From Chrysomallon squamiferum (Eukaryota; Animalia; Mollusca), in NCBI GenBank assembly GCA_012295275.1, contig CM022669.1, positions 15,128,001 to 15,192,000 on the forward strand: 64,000 nucleotides of DNA. The letters are read 5' to 3'. The position numbers were made by a program, and so were the translations under genes. The first letter of the stretch is position 1. Every line of letters starts with the position of its first letter. Under the pieces are notes generated by a model. It ran no database searches, was not told the origin of the DNA, and saw only the letters and a program-made list of their open reading frames with translations. Of the stretch, positions 45,351 to 61,147 are shown piece after piece.

Positions 45351-45780
45351 AGAAACACTATAATAGACATCAATAACAAAACCAAAGAAATTTCATAGTT
45401 AACCACAACCCACTTTCTCGTTGTTTATGAAAGTATGTATCTTTGAACTGTATCTGGTTAGTTTGGTATGTACGTTAGCAGTATCCAGTTCTAACACTCG
45501 TGTGCTGCTCTGTAAATATTATGACAAACAACTTTCAGACCATACTTTAGATCTTGAAACATCAGAGTATTTTTAACTGGCCTAATGTGAAAATGTAATT
45601 TGTTTGTTTCTTTAAACTGACACTGTAAAAGTAATTTCGTTTTTTTCTCTTTTAAAAGTAAGCGAAAACAAGAATGAAATATTTCTGTGTTGCAGTTGAG
45701 AGAAACGATAGCCATCGCTTCTTTTACAAAGCATTCATCATAATCTTACAATTATCTATGAGTGATGTGATAACTGTCTA

Positions 45781-45848
<68 letters not shown>

Positions 45849-45978
45849 TGAAATATAATGATGATAATGATGATGATGATGATAATGATGAAATAGATGT
45901 CAATGGTAATCATAAGAACCATGGTGATATACAACCAGTTTCGTCTACTACTACTACTACTACTACTACTACAACTAT

Positions 45979-46017
<39 letters not shown>

Positions 46018-46028
46018 CACCACCACCA
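45781..46028. repeat. Compound trinucleotide tract (AAT)n/(GAT)n/(ACT)n/(ACC)n
   Basis: Direct observation. Confidence 0.9.
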
Positions 46029-46411
46029 ATTACCATTATCAGTACTATTTATACATTAACAACAATAAAACATACTACTACTCAGTAATAACAATAGCAA
46101 CAACAACATCAACATTAATAACAACAACAAAAGTAATAATAATAATAAATCACATCTGTTCATATGCTTTTCATAAGCTCTATTACAGTGTCTATTACAA
46201 TTACACAAGTATGATTATATTGTACAAATACAGCTGACATCACACTTGCCTGAGTCGTAATGGGACGTAGACCAATTCTCCAGGATGTACCTATTCCATT
46301 ATTTTCCATTCCAGTCGGTACCCCAATTCATAAAGATAAAGTTTGTTCTTCTCTGGAGTGAAAAAGTAGCAGTTTCCCATAAAACTGTCAGAGTTGCATA
46401 CTACAATTAAA

Positions 46412-46490
<79 letters not shown>

Positions 46491-46614
46491 GAAAATAAAA
46501 AGAAAGAGAGAAAGAAAGAAGAAGAAAATATAAAGGAAAAATGAAAACCAATACATTCTAGTACTGGGGTAAAGTGAATTTAAACTTTGACTTTTTATTT
46601 TTATTTTGTTCCAG

Positions 46615-46828
46615 GTAATATGGCGCAGGAAGTCGGACCCGAACCCGCTGACTATTGGGAAGCGGACGTTCGTTGAGGACACGCGCATTCTCGTGGAGCA
46701 CGCGCCACTGCAGAGAGAATGGAACCTCCTCATCAAACAGGTTCGGATCGATGACGCGGGAATGTACGAGTGCCAGGTCAGTTCACGTCACAAGCGGCTT
46801 CGCTGGTTGGTCAGGCTCAACGTCGTAC
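46615..46828 (+). CDS. Internal exon of Dpr/ZIG-8-like IgSF gene: C-terminal part of Ig V-type domain
   Basis: Long polypyrimidine tract then ccAG|, donor C|GTGAGT; 214 nt, phase 0 to phase 1, GC-rich against background. Translates VIWRRKSDPNPLTIGKRTFVEDTRILVEHAPLQREWNLLIKQVRIDDAGMYECQVSSRHKRLRWLVRLNVV. It has the C-strand Trp, LT.G..TF..D.R, W.L.I and D.G.YECQVS, all characteristic of the Dpr/ZIG-8 first Ig domain. Confidence 0.93.
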
Positions 46829-48427
46829 GTGAGTAAAAATGAGTTTTTCTTTCTCTTTATTAATAATTAAAATAAAAAAACAAATATCTGATATGTTCTA
46901 TAACTGTCAGAGATATAAATATAAATTTAAATATAGTTCGAGATTATCTGAATACTTTGCAATGTCGATACGAGAAAGTATCCTCCATCCAGAGGGGGAA
47001 AAAAATGCAATTATTATGACGTCACTAGTGAACAATGGTAATGACGTCACTGGTTTTGAAAGGAACGCCTTCTGTTTCTCTTCAGTTCTATATTCGAAGA
47101 AAATGTAAAGGCATAAGTGTTAAACTTTGTAAATCTGTGTCGGTCATTGTGTAAGTAGCTATACGTTACCACCAACATAATCATCATCATCATCATCATC
47201 TCTCTCTCTCTCTCTGTCAGTCTCTCTCGCTGTTATTCCTTCTTAAACATACATACTAAACATACTTATACGTGCTTACTAACATACATACTACATACAT
47301 AAATACATACACACACACAGACACACACATACATACATACATAACTACAAACTTACATATACATACAGGCATACATATAAACACACAAATATACACACAC
47401 ATACATCAACACATACACACATATACACATACATCAACACATACATACACATACACACACACACACACACATATATACACATACACATACGTACATATGC
47501 AAAAACTCTGATTCTCTTTCTAGTTATACATTAACTTATCATTTACCCGACAAAAGTACTGAATTCCCATCAGCCTTTTTACAGGCTTGCATTTATTCTG
47601 CCACTGCATTCAGCTGAAAAGCTGCGCTTGCTTAACACAACAAATATATGTAGTAAATGTTTTCTCCTTGAAACTGGTATTTTTTTTTTTTTTTTTCAAA
47701 CGATGTACTATAAACCGCGCTCTCTCGTTTTGTTATGAAGCTTTCAGCGTGGCAAATACTTAACATTTAGGAGAATTAATAACAAGAAGATTGAGCGGAA
47801 ATTGTTGCCCCGAGCACAAATGGATTTTAAAATATGCAAAAATGAAGAAATCAAAGGAACCGAAATGTTGTTACAACGTAAACAAAAACATGACATGGAA
47901 CAGTGAGCATTATGGTGTGGGAAGGTTCCAAAATTTCAGGAAAAAAAATAAAAAAGGAGGTTCTTCTGTCTTGTTGTGAAAATGAAGTAAATTTAGTTAC
48001 AAAGAAATTAATACCAGAACCCCCCACCATAAAAAAGAATTAAAAAATTAAAAAAAAGATAAAAAATTAAAAACACACACAAAAAACAACAAATAAAACA
48101 AAAACAAAAAAACGCTATCACGTAGTGCTGTTGAATGTTCTTGAAATGAAATAGTATATGAAGATTCTGATGAGTTTTTCATATAAAAAAAAGAACTCTT
48201 GCTTGTAATCGACAGGAATAACCCATGAAGGATGACATCAGGTTTCTTCTCTAGAATCATTTAAAACGTATAGTAACCGTCAGTAACAAAATGTTAAACA
48301 TTGCTTTACTCTTTAATAAGTCATTTTATTTACTTCTACTTAATTACAACCTATTTATAAAAAGAAAATACATAAATAAATAAATATTAAATATATAAAT
48401 AAATAAATAAACAAATAAACAAAGACA

Positions 48428-48482
<55 letters not shown>

Positions 48483-49262
48483 ACAGATAAACAGATAAAT
48501 AAATAAATACAAATCCCTGTTGAAAAACATTAAATGAATGCTAGAAAATCTATTTTGACTGAACAGTTCCTTTGTGAATACCAAATACAGATTAGCTGAA
48601 TTTCAGATTAAACGATAAACACTTAACATTACAATCGGTCACAAAAACTTAATATCTGGGGGAAATCATTTCAGAAACATTCCTCTGTGGTGTCATGCTT
48701 TTTAAATTTAGACTAAACTTTAAGCAATTAATAAGCATCTCTAGAATCTTCTCTTCTTTATTTGCTTTTTTAATTAAAAAAAAAAAGAAGAAGAATAATT
48801 TGATTTATATATATATTTTGTTCTCTTTTTCTCAGCAAGAAGTTTACTTTCGTCAAACGCAACAAATGCAGTTTTATTTTTATTTTATTTTTATTTTATT
48901 CTTAGAAATGAGTTTAGGGTACCATGATGCAATTTTGTAGGTCCTCAGTGACGGTAAACAATAAATCTTTGCCGATAATTTATTTGCAGAAGTCAGTAAA
49001 ATAGATTACCAGAAAAACTTTCTTGAAGTCTTCATGTCACTGCGGTGAAATTTCTAATCTGTAAAGGCGAGATCATACGGTAATATTTTCAGTAACGCCG
49101 TTGAGTAACGTGTTGTTGAGTAAGTCTTGTCATTTCAGCAGCAGATTTCTTATTTTATTAACTATTTGGTCCTTGAGCTTATTATGTATGATGACGTATA
49201 GCTTCAGGTTAAAAATATCCTGACTTGTTAAAGAAAATTCCCTTCCTTCCTTGGCAAGTAAC

Positions 49263-49383
<121 letters not shown>

Positions 49384-50475
49384 CAGATAGATAAATAGAT
49401 ATATAATAATGGTCTGCATATCTAAGACAATTTGATGAAACGAGTTCCCCCGCTATTTTAAACGTAAAACTAAATAACAGAAATCATTAACTTGAGTCGG
49501 ATCGTGACGATGCGCCTTAAACGGATTTTAATGACTTCTTGTTCAGGTTTGGCAAAAATATGCAGACGTTTAGTGAATTCTCTTGCTATCTGGCTCCATC
49601 TTGCTTTATCAAGCATGGAATTAAAGTGAGTATAAATAGCAAACAAATCACGTCTCACTTTTAACACTTTAAGCCGAGAGAAAGACAGAGAGAGACAGAT
49701 AGAATTTGCGAGCGATTAGATCCAGTTTGTCGGAGATTGACAAAGAAAATAAATTTCAGCACATTTGTTCAGTCATTCATTTTAGGGACAGACGAAGTTA
49801 TAATCGTTTAATCAGAGCAATATGGAGTCTGAAGCCCTGCTGTGGTGATGGCAGACATTCCAGGAGCCGGTTTTGTGTCTAGATAGTTTTTTTCTCCCAG
49901 TTATTCTCTTATTGGTTTGACGGAAAAGTTAACGAGAAAAATGTTCAGAGGCTTTAAATCTTTTCCGATTATTCTGAAGTAGTTACTAGGTAACGATCCA
50001 AGGTACTCCTTGTTGTAAGACCGATGACTGTATAAACTGATCTGTTTGCCACTACTGGGATTTGATAGTAATTTATTTTTAAAAATTATTTATTGTTTTA
50101 TTTACTATTACGGCATTAATTTCACGGACAGGAACTTGAATAGAAATAGCAAGTGATTGTAGATAAAATGTTATAAAATAAATCAGTAAAATAAAATAAA
50201 ATAAAATAAAAAAAAAATAAAAAATAAATAAATAAATAAATAATAACAATAAAATAAAAAATAAAAATTATTGCCAGAAAAGAAAGAAAATGGTTTTGTA
50301 ATTAACTTAAATTTAAACACTTTATTCAAATATAGGAAATAAAATTTTCAGATTATATTTTGTTTTCAATGCGCTAAAAATAAGGAAACTGAAAGACGGT
50401 ATCTTCTTTTTTTTTTACTTCATTAGATGTCACATAAAGAGACAAACTGTAGAATAAATTTCCTTGCTAATACAA

Positions 50476-50549
<74 letters not shown>

Positions 50550-51992
50550 CAAATAAATTAAAATAAAAATATAAATTATTATTAAAATAAAAATGAAATG
50601 AAATGAAATAAAATAAAATAAAATACGACTAAACATTCCTGATATTTATACCACATATTCTTTAATTATTAAAAAAAAAAAAAAAAAAAAAAACCCTGTT
50701 CTCTACAGTTAAACAACAGATAAAAATATCTACTTGCAAAGAGAGAATTCTGAAAGAGGTCGTCTAACCGTACCCATTCTGCAAAAAAAAAAAAAAAAAA
50801 AAAAAAAAGAAAGACAAATAGTAGCATGATAAATTAAGTGAATTCGAGAAGAACCTTTGAACGAGGATATAATTGAAAGTTCGGTCATCGATTGCTTTAA
50901 AACAAGCAGGTGCGATATCATCTTCAAACAAAACCTGCAAATCTTTCGCACGCTTCACTTTTTTGCTAGACGGATGAATTTGGACGCATCTATTAGAAAG
51001 CATCAGTCGCTTTGATTTGGTTATTTGAAGCAAGCACTGAAAGACGGAGACCGTCTGCGTACGACAGAAGATTGCGGCCATTATCTTTAAGTTCGTAGGT
51101 GATGAACGATCTGTCCAATTACCACGTGGTAAAAACACATCTGGAGGTAAAAGGTCAATTTATTTCAGAATTATAAAAAACATTTTTTTGTTTTTGTTTC
51201 TTGGATCTGTTTTGTTCTCCCTATTTTTTTGTGTGTGTCTTTGTTTTTGTTTGTGCGTTATTGTTTTTGCTCCCCTCGCGCTAACTCGGAAGATAATTAA
51301 ATCAAGTGCATGTGGCTTGTATTAAAAGTCGTTTTGCTAGTTGAAATGTGTTTGTAGACGTAATGATGGATGTTGTAAGCGTACAAACGGAAATTATCTC
51401 TCTCAGCCAAGAATCAGTACACACAGATATACATACATACATACGTCCATATATATATATATTATTATAGATATATGGGCTTAAGACATACAGCTATCTA
51501 TCTATCTATCTATTTATCTATCTATGTATATATATATCAAAACAATTCTAAATTCATTTTAATGAACAACATATTCCCCCTATAATTTTAATAAGCTTGT
51601 GATGCTTTTAGTTATTCAGATATTGTCAAAATGTTAAGCTTTTTGCCGGTCATCTGTGACTGATGCTGAACATTTCTGATCGCCATTCCCACGTGAACGT
51701 GTCTGGAATTTGTCAGCTTTTAGAAGTTTGCAAAATCTGTTGTATAACAGCGTGACATTTGGAAGATAATTAAAAAATGGGATTTACGTAACTGAAACAA
51801 GGAACGGGAAAAGACAGATTTTAAAAGAAAGAAAACGGCCAAAAAACAAAACAACAAAATAAACAAACAAACAAAAACAACAAAGAAAACACACATACAC
51901 ACACAAAACGATAAATAAAGAAAAGAGAGAGAAGAAAACAAATAATTGGTATTTGCAAAATGTAAAGAAATGAAGAATAAATTGGCATTTAA

Positions 51993-52029
<37 letters not shown>

Positions 52030-52505
52030 TTATTATAATTTTAATTTTTTTAAATTTTTTTTTAAAGAAAGTAAAAATGATAAAACATCTAAAAAATATC
52101 GTTTCATAAAAGTTTTGAATAAACTGACAAACGTAATAAAAAAAAAAAAAAAAAAAAAAAAAAGATAAAAAAAACGAGTTCCGGGGAAAAAAATGATAAA
52201 CCCAGCAACTATCTACTGACCCTGTTAATAGCTAGACGGAAATGAAGCTGGCGAATGACAATGCATTTGAATGTCTTCTGATTAGAGGAAGCAGTTACTT
52301 GTTTAGCGAAGACATTGTAATTTCATTAATAATTCAACACGGCACGGACGTTTCGGATAATAATAATTTTGTCTTCAGTTTGGCTTTTGAAGGGCGCTCA
52401 ATTATTGTTGTGTAACAGCTGATGACAGACTGAGTGAAAAACATGAATGGACTTTAATTTGTGACGGATCTGAACAAGCACTCCCTATGCAGGAAAATAA
52501 AATAA

Positions 52506-52584
<79 letters not shown>

Positions 52585-52733
52585 GTTTCGTTTATCAGTG
52601 ATGGTTGCTAGATTAGAGATTTAATGTATTTTCAAACAGAACCAATAACCGTTTCGTAAAAAATTTCAGATCGAGAAGATTTTCTTTTCTTTGAAATTAT
52701 CACTTAAAGATATATTGTGAGAAAAAACTATTT

Positions 52734-52806
<73 letters not shown>

Positions 52807-53784
52807 GAAAGAAAGAGAAAAAAAGACGAAGAATATCAGCATGATCGACCCGTAATTTGCTGATTACGCCAAAAGGTTAATGTAATTTATTAGGAATTCG
52901 CTGAGTTAATGTGATCCTAAATTAACGAATGTTTTGAGTAAATTAATGAAAGAAGTGGCGTAAAATTAAATAATAACGGAAAGAAGAAAGAATTAAAGAA
53001 AGAATAAATGAAAGGAAAAAGAAAGAAAGTAAGAAAGAAAGAAAGTAAGAAAGAAAAAAAGAAAAGAGAGGATGATTATTGTTAGATGAGGCACGAAGAC
53101 ATGTTCTGTTCTTGCTATAGAAATAAAATAAATAAATAAACATCAAAAGAACCCCTAAACACAATAAAAAAGTAAAAAAATAAATATGTTATAGTGATAA
53201 TAACGAGAAGTAAAACTAGAAGAAGCTAAAACGTTTTCTGCCTGTCAATGTTTTGTCAGAGTTAAAATGAGTACAGTTCAGTTTAGGAAGAGCATTTTTA
53301 TTTCTGTGAAATTTTCGATAATCAACTTAATGGAAGGAATTAAGAAAATCGTGGACGGAATATATTCAGCGCTGTACTTCTTAATCAAACCATTGGACAG
53401 AACCTTCTTGGGAAATCAGAAATTGTCATGACTAGCTGCTTACTTGTTCAGATTAGACAAAAGAGTATCATAAAAGTGTACAAATGATGTCACAAAACAT
53501 CATCTTAATTAGTTACAGAACAACATCATCAACAACAGTAATAATAATAATAATAATAATAATAAAATAAAAAAATAAAATAAACGAACTTGGTATTTTG
53601 AGCATTTACAATTCTTTTCATTCTTTTCAGTTTCTCTTTTGGAAAGACTGAATATGGCCTTTTTTGTTCTTTATACATGTCCGCAGAACATTTTAAAACA
53701 AGTTATTGATCTGAATGCGTTTACAAAATAAATAACAACTGCGGAGTACCTACGTGTGTCATCTTTTATACTTACACACAAAAT

Positions 53785-53825
<41 letters not shown>

Positions 53826-54419
53826 AACTAAAATAAGTATAAAAAGCGAATATATGTAAATAAAACAAGAATTGCAGACTGTAAGAGAAGCAATTGATTA
53901 TAGTGTAGACGAAGAATCGGACACGAGTTCTTTGACAAGTTTTCTGAAAGCACGAAAACACTAGAGACCTATATAAATATTTTTTGCGCATGTTCTTCTC
54001 AAAGGTAAACTTTCCGTCATCGATTTTTGATGGTTACGCAGCCCGCTTCTGTTGATCTTCGATGGAACTGATAAACGAATAAGTCGGTAATCGTTTCTTG
54101 ATTGATAATCGATCACAATCAGTTCGATAATGTTCTTTATGCTATTTTGTGTGTGTGTGTGTGGGGGAATTCATATGGTAAATTTAACAATAATTCTGAC
54201 AGTGTCTTCATTATATACGTTTCATTTTGTTTAATATATAAATACATACATACATTGATCGGTACATAGGTAATACATATATATACACAAACGTACATAC
54301 ATACATAAATACATGCATACATACATACAAACATATACATCTATACAGACTGACATACACACATACACACATACCCAGTCACAGATAAAATAGATAATAC
54401 AATGACTACGAGGGAAGTA

Positions 54420-54490
54420 AGTTGGATCTGATGTCCATCGGTGATTTTAGAGTTTTTCTCATTCCAGACAGTGCTCCAAAACCTGTTATA
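54420..54490 (+). mobile_element. Degenerate interspersed (SINE-like) repeat fragment
   Basis: Same ttccag.cagtgc core as at 20045, preceded by ggatctgatgtccatcggtg, which resembles gatcgaatctgctcggtgg at ~40264 (Pol III B-box-like). Confidence 0.3.
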
Positions 54491-55007
54491 TTACAGAAAG
54501 TCTTTCTGACAAACCGCTATAAACGTTGTCTAGGTTATTGCTAACAGAACAGAGAACATTTTTTGCACAGCAGTGGTTTCTTCTGCAGTCATGATGGTCT
54601 ACAGAAAAAAAAAAATGCTTCGTCCCGTTTGACCGTAGTTAAAAAAAACTACATAAAAGTGCAACGTTAAACAAAAAGGTTTCTTCATTGCTTTAAGAGT
54701 TTGTGTCACGTGTGATGAAGTTGCTAACTGTTGTGAAGCTTTAGTGTTAAAATAGATTTTTCAAATTTTGTAATCTTTTTCCGCGTTTATCAGTGTGTTG
54801 CTATGAAAATGATCAGTTGTTATGACGTCAATTTGTAAACAAAGTGAATGTAAAAAGAAAAGAAAAAAGGAAAAAAAAAGAGAACATTTTGTAATACTTG
54901 GGTAAAAAGTAAAGTTGAAAAGACAAGGAAAGGAAGGAAGAGTTAACTTGGTTGGTTCAAATAAAGCACGTATTAGTATAGATAAATAAAAAGTGATATT
55001 ATATACG

Positions 55008-55158
<151 letters not shown>

Positions 55159-55418
55159 GACAGCTTCAGTGGATGATTCAGATGCCATTGCTTTCAAACG
55201 TAAATCTGCAGTTAGCAGAATGGTAGGAATGTTGCGTTAAATTCTTTGTTTCGCTGTTGATATAATTGGTGTTATTTATTTCAAGATAGACCTTTGATAA
55301 GACACGGGACATGACTCAGCAAATAGCGATCATTTTCTTACTTAATTCACTCGTTTCACAAATAAACGTCGAGTGCACGTGTGCGTGTATGTGGGTCAGA
55401 CGCAGGTTGACAGAGCGC

Positions 55419-55890
<472 letters not shown>

Positions 55891-56602
55891 AAATCGCATC
55901 ATTTGATAGTGTGCATATCTCCTTGTTCATCTCGCAAGCAAACCATTACTTTGTTCACAGATTTACACACAGTGGCTGTGACTTAGGTGCTGCTTGCTGA
56001 GGTAGTCGCACTGTTAAGTAACAGATATCGAACCTTTCGGCTCGGGCGATAGGCAGTAAACGCGTTTCTGTCAGCAAACTGTAAAACTGGCGTGCCGCAC
56101 ATCGCGTTTTTATTGCTCTCTCTCTCAGCTATTACTCCCGGCGTATGTTTTCAGCGATATCCAATAACGGACGAACGATCCCGAAGTTATACGATTTTTG
56201 TCTAATCGTGAAGCTGTTTCTTCGTATTAAATTCCGTTTTATTCCCAAATTGATTACACCTGCATTTTAAACGGAAAGCTGTAAGGGCGAACGTTAATGC
56301 TGAGTTTTTTTTTTTGATGGTTTTTGTTCAATGCTAAAGGTGTATTACCAACGTAACGACTTTTTTTTTTTTTTTTTTTTTTTGTTTATGCGACTGTTTA
56401 TGCGTGTGGTTTAACGTTGCTTTACGTTGAACTTGTTCACACTTGTGATGAGCACGAAGCACGAAAAGAAACCAAACTTACACGTGTTAAGTAATATAAA
56501 CAAGAAACAAAAAGAAAGAAAAAAGAGAGATAACGTAAAAAAACAAAAAAAGGATAACAGATAAGAAATGGGTAAGAGATGGCCGATTTGGCATTTTATA
56601 AT

Positions 56603-57165
<563 letters not shown>

Positions 57166-57792
57166 GAAACTTCCGCCATCTCTCACCGCCGTTGGTACAG
57201 TGGGACTGCAGAGTCAATAAAACACATAACTCGATGTCTATAGATTATTTGGTCATTATTTTCTCCTTTGTTGAAGATATTAAGACTATTATCCCATAAC
57301 GATGATGATTTATGTGTAGCCTCCACCAGCAACGATAAATGAATGTTGCGCGAATCCTGCTTCGTTTTTTTTTTTTTGCTTGTTTTTTTTTTTTTCGCAA
57401 CGTGCTTAATTTCGTATTTTCGGATGACTTAACGATTAACTACTAGAGAAAAAACGCTCAGTCTATTCAGACGTCGGAACAAAAATAAAAAAACCCAGCA
57501 CATTCTGTTTACTTATGTTTAATTCTTTCTATAAATGGAAGTTATGGGTCTAGAATTTATATGTATTTTTTTTTCAAATGTGTAAATATGGGACTTGAGC
57601 GAGAAGAAATGAATATCTGAAAAACAAAACCTTAATGCACAAATTGAATCGATAGAGGAAACCAATTTTGAACAGAAAAGAAAAACTTTATAGTTTTGAG
57701 AGCGAGTTGGTTTTAAGGAATATTTCAAACTACTAAAAGATTTAGTAAAACTGAGAATCAGTGTAAAACACAAATTATGAGAAAAAGATTTT

Positions 57793-58074
<282 letters not shown>

Positions 58075-59610
58075 TGACTTTCGGACTCTCTCTTCCTCGT
58101 TCCTTACGTTTTCCGTTCTTAACTTGCTATAATCTGCTGCTTCATTAATGGCAAGAAATGTGCTACATTCACGTTTTCTTTTCACCGTACTGTACATACA
58201 GTCATATCCGAGAGACCCAGCTTGATTGGAAAGCAAACAAACGAAGCCAAAATCAGCTGTTAAAAAAATACTGGGCAAAAAAATTATTTCGATGAAAAGC
58301 CCATTTGGTAAGAGTTCGAACTGGAAATCTCGTTTTTGAAATCTGGGAATTCGCTGGTGATGGAATGTTGATTTTGATTTTTGTAACCAGAAGTCAAGTA
58401 CGGAATTGCCCTAATTATTGGCAAAGTTCCTGCGAATTATCGATATACATAGCAGATAAAAATCGATCGATTCATCACGAGGTATTTGCTTACTGTTTAA
58501 CATCGATTTACTTTTCGGCTGACAAACTTATACAACAGTTTACCATCCTGTTATATACCAAGAGTGCTAATGTGTAGCAACGATTTCAGAATCTCGTGTA
58601 CTTCTGTAAATTAATTTTTAATTTTTAAATATTTAAAGAAAAAACATTTATTATCTACAAATCATATACCTTATACTAATAATGTCTTATACATAACCCT
58701 TAATTTATCATGATTTTTTTTTTTTTTTTTTTCTTAAAGAAAAAGAAAGAAACAACCCCCACACTAGATAAACAACAACAAAAAATTAAAAAAAAAAAAC
58801 AAAAAAAAAACCGAACTGTAAATTCTAAATGAAGGGTTACGTGTAAAACATTACTAGTATTAGATATATCACTCGTAGGCAGACCGCTATTTACAGTTCA
58901 TTTACCGTCAGTTTTCATAGTTTGTGAATTAACTGAAGATTTTACAGCTTTGAAGATTATACTTTTTAAGGCATTGTAATGAGCATAGCCTCAAGACACT
59001 GATACAAGTTTTCATTCACATTTTGCTAATTTGAACACTTAATATGTCCGTGTACCAGTTCAGTTATTGTTTAAGTGATACACGACTGATTAACGAGAGA
59101 CTAACAGCTAATGAACACCCATTCATTTTTGTTTTAACTTCTGTTCGGAATAACGCTTTTAGCGAGTGTAAAGGAAAATGGAATTTACCTAAACATAATA
59201 TCCTATCGAATCTATGACAGACTATTGTTTTGTTTTTCAAATTAATACGGAATAATTAAGTCGAAATGTCCAATCAAATTGAAGAAAAGGTAACTGAATT
59301 GCTGAAAATAAAAATATATATATATATACAATTCCTATTGCCCTTTTCCAGATAGTCAAGGCACAAAATACTTTAAGTTGTAATGAAATAAACCGATATA
59401 TGATGTTAATGTAATAATTAAACAGAAATTTTCATGCTCAATATTTTTTTTCTTCATTAGATGACAGAGGTCTGTCTGTTATAAACTTTGTCATTTAAGT
59501 GATATTGTGGAATTTCGATGTGTCATATTAAATTAAAGTTGTCAGTGTTAAATTATTATATTTGTTTACGACTGTGGAATCTAAATTCAACCTTTTTGTA
59601 TTTTATTCAG

Positions 59611-59640
59611 GTGGCAAAAAAGAACAAGGACCCAAAGGAG
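59611..59640 (+). CDS. Probable 30-nt symmetric (phase 1-1) mini-exon, inter-domain linker
   Basis: Acceptor cctttttgtattttattcAG| and donor GAG|GTAAAA. In the frame of the upstream exon it is open and reads RGKKEQGPKG(x). It is purine-rich and its length is divisible by 3. Confidence 0.55.
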
Positions 59641-60310
59641 GTAAAACAGTTTTTCTGATTTTATTAAAATAATTTTAAATAAAAAAAATACTAACGTCTA
59701 CAAGTGTAATTTTGAAAAAAAAAAAAAATACATTTATCTTTGTGTTTTGAAATGCTATTCATTTATTTTTTTCTTCATCGCGATGCTATCAGCATTCTGG
59801 ATGCTATCATTCCCTTTCAGTCCACACAATAAAGATATTAAAAATATTGAGATAAAAAACTGAGTTACGCTTAACGCTTAGTCATACGACGTATTTATAG
59901 AACTTTTTTTTTTTCTTCTTATTGAAATAATAAAGTCAAGATAATTTGGTTTTAGTTCGCTCACTGGTCGCGAAGTTAATAACATTCAGCGCTTTAACAA
60001 GTGATTATAATTCAAAATTTTTAAATCATTTTAAATTTAGATTCATCTTAAATGTGTCGGAAACTTTAATCACTTGGTTATTTGTAAACGATAAAAGGTA
60101 TATATGGCTCAAACCTAAAACGATGGTCACAAAATGTCTGCAGGAATCTCAGGTAATATATTTACCTAATCAGAAAATGATAATAATATAAAATAGTCAC
60201 CTATGGTAATCGATTGCCAAAGACTCGCCCTACATGTTTAGTATTTCTTTTAGTTAGTAATAAAAATCGGACGTATGTATTTTTTATTTTTTTATTTTTT
60301 TTTGTTTTTG

Positions 60311-60444
60311 TTTTTCAGTTTATTGTTGGCATTGTGGTACACAACTAGTAGTTTACGGAACCTATCTATTGCTATGTTAGTGCTGTTAAGCAAAGCTTAG
60401 ATCTTTATCTTGTTTTTATTTTAATAAAAAAAAAATTGTAAAAT
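60311..60444 (+). repeat. Local direct duplication, block A copy 1 (copy 2 at ~61792-61926)
   Basis: tttttcagtttattgttggcatt...agcaaagcttagatctttatcttgtttttattttaat...ttgtaaaa is present twice at ~90% identity. Confidence 0.9.
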
Positions 60445-60562
60445 GAAAGAAAGAAAAAAGTGTAGTTTTATTCATCACTAATCATTAGAAATAACGTAAA
60501 GCAATGAAAAAGAAAAGAATTAATACAGAAAGTTAAAGAATCGTCTAAAAGAAAAATTAAAA

Positions 60563-60651
60563 TTTATAATGGAAAACAATGCTAAGATAAAAAAAAAATG
60601 AATACATGTAATTGATTATTTTTCATTATAAAACAAAAATGTTAGCGAAAA
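60563..60651 (+). repeat. Local direct duplication, block B copy 1 (copy 2 at ~62688-62777)
   Basis: tttataatggaaaacaatgctaagataaaaaaaaaatgaatacatgtaattgattatttttcattataaaa...agcgaaaaa matches tttataacggagaaaaatgtttagataaaaaaaaaaatgaatacatgtgattgattattgttcattataaaa...agcgaaaaa. Confidence 0.85.
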
Positions 60652-61102
60652 ACAGAGATAACGTATATTTAACGATATTTCAATAAATTTTAATATTAAC
60701 GATTATTAAGCCGAAAGTCATACGAATTCTATTACAGCACTGTCATCAGAGGAAAGACATAGCAGCTACAACATGACTTACCCTTTTCAGTTAGCAGCCA
60801 GGTTTCTTTCCTTTTTATCACTTTTCCATAGAAAGGAAAGAATTTTCTGCGATGAATTAATCTTGAGTCTCTGGCTGTAAAGATTTTAGCCCAATAGTCT
60901 AAATTACTCATATATATATATATATATATAATTTTCTCCCCAGAAAATATTTATAAAATTAAAAATAAGAACGGAAAAGACATGCAACTAAATTCTTACA
61001 TTATGAAGCTGGTTCATTCAAGATTTCAGAGTGACATGTTTTAATACTACTGCACATACACTCATGTCCAACAGATCCATCTTTATTTGAAAGTAAACAA
61101 TC

Positions 61103-61147
<45 letters not shown>

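Noticed and set aside
45845-46237. Thr-rich, mucin-like 130-aa ORF
   Set aside because: It is a compound trinucleotide microsatellite inside the intron that splits the Ig domain, with no convincing splice sites.
46407-46870. Overlapping ORFs 46407-46736 (-) and 46655-46870 (+)
   Set aside because: Antisense and alternative-frame shadows of Ig exon 46615-46828.
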